The position numbers and the translations under genes were made by a program. 64,000 nucleotides of DNA from Dehalococcoidia bacterium (lineage in GTDB: Bacteria; Chloroflexota; Dehalococcoidia; Bin125), in contig OZ244584.1 of NCBI GenBank assembly GCA_965218115.1, forward strand, positions 2,816,771 to 2,880,770, read 5' to 3'. Shown piece by piece: positions 57,598 through 64,000 of the stretch. The notes beneath the pieces were generated by a model. That model saw only the letters and a list, made by a program, of their open reading frames with translations, did no database searches and was not told the DNA's origin. Positions within the stretch are counted from its first letter, which is position 1, and each line of letters opens with the position of its first letter.

Positions 57598-58797
57598 ATG
57601 GGACTGCGCGGCGAGGCGGCAATCGTGGGGATTACCGAGTGGAAGCCCGAGCGGCGCACGATCGCGCCGCCGATCTTCACGCTCGAGCAGTGGGCGCGGC
57701 TGACCCGCGAGGCGCTCGACGACGCGGGCATTGATCCCGCTGACGTTGACGGGATCTGCGCCACCAACATCCGCGAATCGGACTCGTTCGTGCCCTCGAC
57801 GATTGCGGAGTACCTCGGCATGGAGGTCAACTTCGCGGAGGTCGTGGACCTCGGCGGGGCGAGCTGCGCGGCGATGGCCTGGCGCGCGGCGGCGGCGATC
57901 GAGCTGGGCATCGCCAACGTGGTGGTGATCGCAGCGCCCTCCTGGCCGTCGCCGCGGCCTCCGACGCCGGCCGCCGAGCCGGGCGGATGGCGCTTCGGCG
58001 CATCCAGCGCGAACTACGGCTCGCCGCAGGCAGAGTTCGACATTCCCTACGGCAACGTGGCGCAGAATTGCGGCTACGCGCAGATCGCGATGCGCTACGG
58101 GGCCGAGTATGGCTACGACCCCGAGGCGCTGGCGAAGATCGCGGTTGACCAGCGGGTCAGCGCGAATCACAACCCGCCGGCGGTCTTCCACGATGTGCCG
58201 ATCACGATCGAGGATGTGCTCAACTCGCCGATGATCTCCGATCCGCTGCACATGCTGGAGATCGTGATGCCCTGCTCGGGCGGTGCGGCGCTGGTCGTCG
58301 CCAACAAGGAGTTCGCGCAGCGCGGGCGCAACCGCCCGGTCTGGATCTCCGGCTTCGGCGAGCGGGTCCTGCACAAGACCCCGACCTACGCCAAAGACAT
58401 GCTGCAGACGCCGCTCGCGGCGGTCGCCGATTCGGCCTTCGAGATGTCCGGCCGGACGTGCGCGGATGTCGACCTGATCGACGTCTACGACTGCTACACG
58501 ATCACGGTGCTGATGACGATCGAAGACTCCGGCTTCTGCCCGCGGGGCGAGGGTCAGGCGTTCGTGCGGGAGCACGACTTGAGCTTCCGCGGCGACTTCC
58601 CCTGCAATCCCTACGGCGGGCAGTTGGGCTTCGGACAGGCCGGGCTGGCCGGCGGGATGTCGCACATCACCGACGCGACGCGTCAGCTGATGCGTCGGGC
58701 CGAGGACCATCAAGTCGCCGACGCGGACGTGGCGTTCGTCACGGGCAACGGCGGCCTGATGAGCGAGCAGGTCGCGCTGATTCTGGAGGGTGACTAG
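57598..58797 (+). CDS. thiolase-like protein (SCP-x/lipid-transfer-type, non-canonical thiolase)
   Basis: Thiolase fold with 'GASCAAMAW' and C-terminal 'NPYGGQLGFGQAGLAG'; overlaps the downstream DUF35 gene by 8 nt. Confidence 0.85.
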   Translation: MGLRGEAAIVGITEWKPERRTIAPPIFTLEQWARLTREALDDAGIDPADVDGICATNIRESDSFVPSTIAEYLGMEVNFAEVVDLGGASCAAMAWRAAAAIELGIANVVVIAAPSWPSPRPPTPAAEPGGWRFGASSANYGSPQAEFDIPYGNVAQNCGYAQIAMRYGAEYGYDPEALAKIAVDQRVSANHNPPAVFHDVPITIEDVLNSPMISDPLHMLEIVMPCSGGAALVVANKEFAQRGRNRPVWISGFGERVLHKTPTYAKDMLQTPLAAVADSAFEMSGRTCADVDLIDVYDCYTITVLMTIEDSGFCPRGEGQAFVREHDLSFRGDFPCNPYGGQLGFGQAGLAGGMSHITDATRQLMRRAEDHQVADADVAFVTGNGGLMSEQVALILEGD

Positions 58798-59212
58798 CGT
58801 GGCGGGCCCGCAGCGCCCGACACCGCTGCCGATCGCGCGGACGCAGCCCTTCTGGGACGGATTGCGCGAGCACCGCGTGCGGATTCAGTACTCGCCGTCG
58901 TCCGACCAGTGGGTCTTCTACCCGCGTTCGCACGCACCGCTGACGCTGGCGGATGATCTCGAATGGCGCGACATCGCGGGTACCGGCACGCTCTACACGT
59001 ACACGATCGCGCGACGACCGACGGCGGTGGAGTTCGCCGGCGATGAGCCGCAAATCATCGCGGTCGTGCAGCTCGACGAGGGTCCGCGGCTGACCACGAC
59101 GCTGGTCAACGTCGCGGAAGACGCGATCGCCGTTGGGATGCGCGTGCGGCCGGTCTTCGAGGATGTTGATCGGGAGACCACGCTGCTGCGCTACGAGCCG
59201 CAGTCCGGCTAG
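58790..59212 (+). CDS. DUF35 OB-fold protein (partner of thiolase-like protein)
   Basis: 'FWDGLREHRVRIQYS...GTGTLYTYTI...VVQLDEGPRL' DUF35 pattern (zinc ribbon degenerate). Confidence 0.8.
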   Translation: MTSVAGPQRPTPLPIARTQPFWDGLREHRVRIQYSPSSDQWVFYPRSHAPLTLADDLEWRDIAGTGTLYTYTIARRPTAVEFAGDEPQIIAVVQLDEGPRLTTTLVNVAEDAIAVGMRVRPVFEDVDRETTLLRYEPQSG

Positions 59213-59218
59213 CCCGTC

Positions 59219-60538
59219 GTGCGCCTCGCGCTGATCATCGTCGCCGTCGTGCTCTTGGCCGTTGGCTGTGGTGGCGACGCGGAGCGCGCTCCTCGCACGG
59301 TCGCGCCCGAGCCGGCCCAGGCTCAGCGCGAAGCCGGGCAGCAGTCAGCCACGGATCAGCCGCGGGCAACCGACGCGCCGACCGCTCCGGATCAGCCCGC
59401 CGCCGTTGAGCAGGGACGACCGCAGGAGTTGGTCGAAGCAGACGAGCCCGAACCTCAGCAGTCGGCGCCCGAACGCGCCGAACCGGTTGAGCAGCATCGC
59501 TTCATCGAGGCGCTAGAGGGGCGCACCTTCGAGCAACCAATCGAGCTGCTCGCCTGGCCGCAGGGCGGGCTGATGGTCGCCGAACAGCGCGGGAGCTTGA
59601 CGGTCTACGGCGAGGATGGCTCGATCCGCGGCCTGCTCGACCTCAGCGACCGCGTCAGGTTCGCCGGCGAGCGCGGCCTGCTCAGCGTCGCCGTCGACCC
59701 ACAGTTCGCCGAGCGGCCCTTCCTCTACATCTGGTATTCGCCGCGCAGCGCCGACCTCACGCGGCTGTCGCGCTTCTCGGTTGCGGACGGCGTCGCCGAT
59801 CGCGAATCGGAGCTGGTCATCCTCGAAGTCCGGCAGCCCTACGCCAACCACAACGGCGGCGCAGTCCGGTTCGGGCCCGACGGCATGCTGTATCTCGGCA
59901 TCGGCGATGGCGGAGCTGCCAACGATCCGCACGAGCACGGGCAGAATCGCGGGACGCTGCTGGGGACGATCATTCGGATCGACGTGAGCACTGCGTCGGC
60001 GCAGTATCGCTACGCCATCCCGGCCGACAATCCGTTCCTCGGCGTGCCCGGCGTGCGGCCCGAGATCTTCGCCTACGGCCTGCGCAATCCGTGGCGCATG
60101 GCCTTCGATCCCGACACCGGCGCCCTCTGGGTCGCCGACGTCGGTCAGAACCGCGTCGAGGAGGTGGGCATCGTCGAAGCGGGCACGAATCAGGGTTGGA
60201 ACGTCTTCGAGGGCGACGAGTGCTTCGGCCGCCAGTCGGACTGCGACGCGCTCGAGCACACCCCGCCGCTCGCGACCTACGGCCACGACCTCGGCTGCTC
60301 GGTCACCGGCGGCGTCGTCTACCGCGGCTCGGAGCTGCCCTGGCTGACGGGCGCCTACCTCTTCGCCGACTTCTGCACAGGCCGCGTCTGGGCGCTGCAG
60401 CGCGGCGAATCGGGCTGGGAAATCGCGCAACTCGAACAGCTCGACGCCCAGATCGCCTCCTTCGGCGTCGATCACGACGGCGAGGTCTACCTGCTGACGT
60501 TCGACGGACCGATCCTGCGACTGAGCCGCGCTGAGTAG
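59219..60538 (+). CDS. PQQ-dependent sugar (glucose/sorbosone) dehydrogenase-family lipoprotein
   Basis: Lipobox 'AVGCGG'; 'HNGGAVRFGPDGMLYLGIGDGG', 'FAYGLRNPWRMAFDPDTGALWVADVGQN' GSDH beta-propeller motifs. Confidence 0.8.
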   Translation: MRLALIIVAVVLLAVGCGGDAERAPRTVAPEPAQAQREAGQQSATDQPRATDAPTAPDQPAAVEQGRPQELVEADEPEPQQSAPERAEPVEQHRFIEALEGRTFEQPIELLAWPQGGLMVAEQRGSLTVYGEDGSIRGLLDLSDRVRFAGERGLLSVAVDPQFAERPFLYIWYSPRSADLTRLSRFSVADGVADRESELVILEVRQPYANHNGGAVRFGPDGMLYLGIGDGGAANDPHEHGQNRGTLLGTIIRIDVSTASAQYRYAIPADNPFLGVPGVRPEIFAYGLRNPWRMAFDPDTGALWVADVGQNRVEEVGIVEAGTNQGWNVFEGDECFGRQSDCDALEHTPPLATYGHDLGCSVTGGVVYRGSELPWLTGAYLFADFCTGRVWALQRGESGWEIAQLEQLDAQIASFGVDHDGEVYLLTFDGPILRLSRAE

Positions 60539-60685
60539 GCGTGCCGTTGCAACGGTCTCGTTCAGCAGGACTGACGGCGAGCCCGCAGAGGCGACGGCTG
60601 GTGTAGGAACGCCGATCGTGCCGCGTGGCGGCGACGGTAGAATGAGACCCACCCGACGAACGAAATACCACGGCAGGAGCCTCGG

Positions 60686-62185
60686 ATGGCCCAGTCCCGC
60701 GCTTTTGGAACCACGCCCGCACCGTCGATCCCCGAGGGGATGACCTGGCTGAATGCGGGACGCGATCTGACCATGGACGACCTGCGCGGGCGGCTGACGA
60801 TCCTGCATTTCTGGACTTACGCTTGAATCAACTGCTTGCACGTGCTTCCGCAGTTGCGGAGGCTTGAACGCCGCTACGCCGACGCCGTCCAGGTGGTCTC
60901 GGTCCATTCGCCCAAGTTCCCGACCGAGCGCGAGACCAAGAATCTGCGCCAGGCGGTGCTGCGGCTGCGTATCGAACATCCCGTCCTGAACGATGCCGAC
61001 TTCAAGTTCTGGCAGCAGTACGGCGCGCGGGCCTGGCCGACGATCTTCTTCGTCGACCCGCGCGGCAACGTGATCGGTCTGCACGAGGGCGAGCTGACCG
61101 AGGAGATGGTTGCGCCGCTGATCGATGGCTGGCTGGGCGAGTACGAGGCTGAGTCGCTGCTCAGCCGCCAACCGCTGGAGCTGACCCGCGAGACCGGCGC
61201 CGACAGCGCGCTCTCGTTTCCCGGCAAGCTGGCCTACGACGACGCGAGTGGCCGCCTGGTCGTTTCGGACTCAAACAACGACCGGATTCTGGTCGCCGAT
61301 CTCGATGGCAATGTCTCGCTCGTCGTCGGCGGCGCGGGCCACGGCTTCGACGACGGAACCGCGCAGACAGCGACGTTCAACCAGCCGCAGGGGGTCGCGA
61401 TCGACGGGAACACGATCTACGTGGCCGACAACGAGAACCACGCGATTCGTCGAATCGACCTGCCCTCGGGCGCAGTCACGACGATTGCCGGCACCGGCGA
61501 GCAGGCGCGCCAGATGCCCGCGGGCGCGCCCGCGACGATGACGCAGTTGAGTTCGCCCTGGGATGTCGCAGTTCACGACGGCGAACTGTTCATCGCGATG
61601 GCCGGAATTCACCAGCTCTGGTCGATGGACATCGAATCGGGCGCTTCCGCCACGGTCGGTCCCTGGGCCGGCAGCGGCCGCGAGGGGATCGTGGACGGTC
61701 CGCGACTACAGGCGGAGCTGGCGCAACCGAGCGGCCTCGCGGTGGGCGCGTCGGGGCTGGCGTTCGCCGACAGCGAATCCAGCGGCGCGCGCGAGGTGAG
61801 CTGGGATCCCGGCGGTCGCGTCGAGACGTTCATCGGCAACATCGGGAACCTGTTTCACTTCGGCGACGAGGACGGCGGCCGCGAGCTGGCCAAGCTCCAG
61901 CACCCGCTCGACGTCGCCTGGCTGGGCGACGAGCTGTACGTCGCCGACACGTTCAACCACAAGATCAAGCAGGTCTATCCGCGGATGCAGAGCGTCAAGA
62001 CGCTGCTCGGCGGGCTCGGCGATGCGCTGGGCTCATTCTCCGCGACTCGGCTCGATGAACCGGGCGGACTCTGCACCGGGCCGGCTCGGTCGTTGCTCGT
62101 GGCCGACACGAACAATCACCGGATCGTCCAGCTCGACATGGCCGGCGGCCGCTCCACCGAAATCCCCCTAAACCTCCCCAATTGA
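60686..62185 (+). CDS. thioredoxin-fold (TlpA/redoxin-like) plus NHL-repeat protein with in-frame TGA (60824..60826) at the first Cys of the redox motif; candidate selenoprotein (UxxC)
   Basis: ATG 60686 after 'AGGAG' RBS; frame 60686..60823 encodes 'LTILHFWTYA-[TGA]-INCLHVLP' = conserved redoxin 'FWTYxCINC' with TGA replacing Cys; same frame continues into the 60836..62185 ORF (redoxin remainder 'VSVHSPKFPTE...WPTIFFVDPRGN' plus 5-6 NHL repeats); hairpin 60830..60861 directly downstream of TGA. Confidence 0.65.
60830..60861 (+). promoter_or_regulatory. candidate bacterial SECIS-like stem-loop 4-36 nt downstream of the in-frame UGA
   Basis: AACUGC-[UUGCACGUGCUUCC]-GCAGUU (6-bp stem, G/U-containing apical region with internal GCACGUGC) and overlapping alternative UUCCGC-AGUU-GCGGAG. 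Confidence 0.45.
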
Positions 62186-62210
62186 GCCCGGATGACTGTC
62201 GGAGGCGACC

Positions 62211-63413
62211 ATGGCGCAAGCGGAACACACCGGTAGCAGGCGCGCACCGAGCGGGGCAGTGGAGGTCACGCCGAGCGTCATCGAGTGGGCAATCGCAGAA
62301 TCGGGCATGAATACCGCCGACCTGGCAGTGCGCGTCGGTGTTTCTGAGGCTGACGTGGAAGCCTGGACCCGCGGCGCGGCGAAGCCGAATCGGGGCGAAT
62401 TCACCAAGCTAGCCACGGCCTTGGCTCGGCCGACGGCCGTGTTCTTCCTGCCGACACCACCCGACGGGTCCGATATACCGCCGCAGTTCCGCACGTTCGG
62501 GCGAGCGCTAGACCCAACACTGGGCCCCAACGAGCTGCTGGCAATTCGCGAGGCTTCGCGACTTCAAAGCCTCGTCAGTTGGATCCTCAAGGATGAGGGT
62601 CATCGCTCCGAGATGCTTACGTCCCTGCCGAGCACGCCGATGGGTGATCCCATAGCTGACTTCGCGTCTGCGCTCCGCACGTGGCTGGGCGTGTCCATTG
62701 ATCAACAGCTCGGGTGGACAAGTCCCGCTGAGGCGTTCCGATCGTGGCGGTCCGCGCTGGAACGTAACGGCGTGATCGTCACGCAGCGCAGTTTCGGACG
62801 CGACAGCATTCGTGGCTTCTCTCTTGCAGACGAGTGGGCGCCGCTGATTGTGGTCAATCGCTCGGAGATCCCGCAGGCGCGATCGTTCACGCTGTTGCAC
62901 GAGCTGGCGCATCTCGCCTCCGAACCGGGTTCGGGCTGCGTGCTGCCATCGGACTACGACGGCGACGCCAAACACCGGGAGCGGTGGTGCGACCGCGTCG
63001 CCAGTCATGTCTTGGTGCCGCGCGATGTCGTCGATAGCGAGATCCGGGCGCTCGCCCGCGGTCAGTCGCTTACACCATTCGCGCTTGTCGAGAGGGCGGC
63101 CCGACGATTCAAAGTGAGCCTTCGCGCGGCGGCCGTGGCGCTGATGGATCGTGGGCACGCTCCGCCGAACACGTTTGCCGTCGTGAAGCAGCACGCGCCT
63201 GTCAGCGACTATCCGCCGCCACCCACAGACGCTGATCAGTTGGTTGGTCCGATGGAGACCACCGCGGTCAAGCGCCTGCGTGAGGTAGGTCCCCTGGCGC
63301 TTGAATCGCTGATCCGCGCGAGCAAACGCGATCGGATCACACTGCACGACGTGTTCGACTATCTCGACATCAACAGCATCGAGTTTGACGAGTTGCAGCG
63401 CGAGATGAACTGA
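62211..63413 (+). CDS. ImmA/IrrE-family (COG2856, M78) metallopeptidase with N-terminal XRE-type HTH
   Basis: HTH 'VIEWAIAESGMNTADLAVRVGVSEADVEAWTRG'; 'SFTLLHELAHL' HExxH zinc site; 400 aa. Confidence 0.85.
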   Translation: MAQAEHTGSRRAPSGAVEVTPSVIEWAIAESGMNTADLAVRVGVSEADVEAWTRGAAKPNRGEFTKLATALARPTAVFFLPTPPDGSDIPPQFRTFGRALDPTLGPNELLAIREASRLQSLVSWILKDEGHRSEMLTSLPSTPMGDPIADFASALRTWLGVSIDQQLGWTSPAEAFRSWRSALERNGVIVTQRSFGRDSIRGFSLADEWAPLIVVNRSEIPQARSFTLLHELAHLASEPGSGCVLPSDYDGDAKHRERWCDRVASHVLVPRDVVDSEIRALARGQSLTPFALVERAARRFKVSLRAAAVALMDRGHAPPNTFAVVKQHAPVSDYPPPPTDADQLVGPMETTAVKRLREVGPLALESLIRASKRDRITLHDVFDYLDINSIEFDELQREMN

Positions 63414-63426
63414 GCAATGCGGCCCC

Positions 63427-63921
63427 TTGTCTGACGTCTGGATCTTCGATACCTCTGCTTTGATCGACATCAAGCACGATGTCCCGGAGCGTTGGCATGC
63501 TGATCTCCTCGAGGAACTAACGGATCGAGTAGAGGACGGGACGCTTTGCTTTCCACGGCAGGTCACCGCCGAACTGACGGCTCGCGCTCGCGACGATTTT
63601 CTCGCGACCTGGGTGAAGCGCGTCAATCGCTCCGTGCGACACCACTACAGTCCGCCGGAATCGGCGCTACGGGAGGTGCTCCGCAGGCATCCCAAGCTCG
63701 CCGATCAGCGCAAGAAGCGGGATGACGCTGATCCGTTCGTGGTAGCGCAGGCACTGGCGATCAAACGCGAGGGCCTGACAGTGACGGTCGTCACGCGGGA
63801 CCTGATCGATCGACTACCGCATACGATCTCGATCGCGACTGCCTGCGACGATCTCAAGATCGACCACGTGCGGCTGATTAGGTTCCTCGACCAAATCGGA
63901 TTCGATCCATTCGCCGATTAG
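63427..63921 (+). CDS. DUF4411-family PIN-like protein
   Basis: 'VWIFDTSALIDIK...' N-terminal acidic PIN-like strand, 'DADPFVVAQALA' second acidic block; 164 aa; 13 nt downstream of ImmA/IrrE gene. Confidence 0.8.
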   Translation: MSDVWIFDTSALIDIKHDVPERWHADLLEELTDRVEDGTLCFPRQVTAELTARARDDFLATWVKRVNRSVRHHYSPPESALREVLRRHPKLADQRKKRDDADPFVVAQALAIKREGLTVTVVTRDLIDRLPHTISIATACDDLKIDHVRLIRFLDQIGFDPFAD

Positions 63922-64000
63922 GTCGTCGTGTCAGGCGCTGGTCGGCGCGACAACCAGCCGCCCATGATGGATGACGTGGGTCGGGGCGGTCAGGTGGCGG

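Noticed and set aside
60824-60826. TGA in the redoxin gene interpreted as a simple nonsense mutation or pseudogene
   Set aside because: Not excluded. Selenocysteine is favoured because the codon aligns exactly with the first Cys of the CxxC motif, the frame is otherwise intact on both sides, and a hairpin follows immediately. This needs genome-wide Sec-machinery confirmation.

Overview
This window is 64 kb of high-GC (about 70%) bacterial chromosome, mostly housekeeping and transport genes on both strands, interrupted by an accessory patch at 19.2-26.1 kb. The lineage cannot be resolved from the sequence alone; the gene content would fit Chloroflexota or Actinomycetota. All functional calls rest on my recognition of motifs in the supplied six-frame translations, and no database search was run.

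Main blocks:
- Enoyl-CoA hydratase, a frameshifted AI-2E transporter, an MBL-fold hydrolase and a hemin/siderophore-type ABC importer (substrate-binding protein, permease, ATPase).
- A complete SUF iron-sulfur operon: sufR, sufC, sufB, sufD, a Rieske ferredoxin, sufS, sufU and a DUF59/SufT-like gene.
- Two tandem MFS paralogs, an ADC-like gene, DegV and two LLM flavin oxidoreductases.
- The accessory patch: an IS1182-family element inserted into a 190-250 bp tandem repeat array, a truncated and a frameshifted family-5 substrate-binding-protein gene, an HTH ORF, a GNAT gene and two MITE-like elements.
- Housekeeping genes: proB, a YihY/BrkB-family gene, ileS, murJ, rpsT, rimO, scpB, mtaB, a glycerate kinase and a class-B PBP.
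- A CoA-thioester catabolic cluster: acyl-CoA dehydrogenase, a tandem-fused CaiB CoA-transferase, and a thiolase-like protein with its DUF35 partner.
- A PQQ-type sugar dehydrogenase.

The most notable observations:
- A thioredoxin-fold/NHL-repeat gene has an in-frame TGA exactly at the first Cys of its FWTYxCINC redox motif, followed by a stable hairpin. It is a candidate UxxC selenoprotein that a gene caller would truncate.
- An ImmA/IrrE HTH-metallopeptidase is paired with a DUF4411 PIN-like gene at the window's end, which looks like a Rosmer-like or toxin-antitoxin-like defence pair.
- A DUF4258/DUF2283 toxin-antitoxin-like pair sits at 38.6-39.7 kb.
- A dispersed family of six MITE-like hairpin repeats lies at gene 3' ends; two of them bracket a C-ending-codon two-gene cassette.
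- The IS element has visible inverted repeats and a probable target-site duplication inside the palindrome-bearing tandem array.
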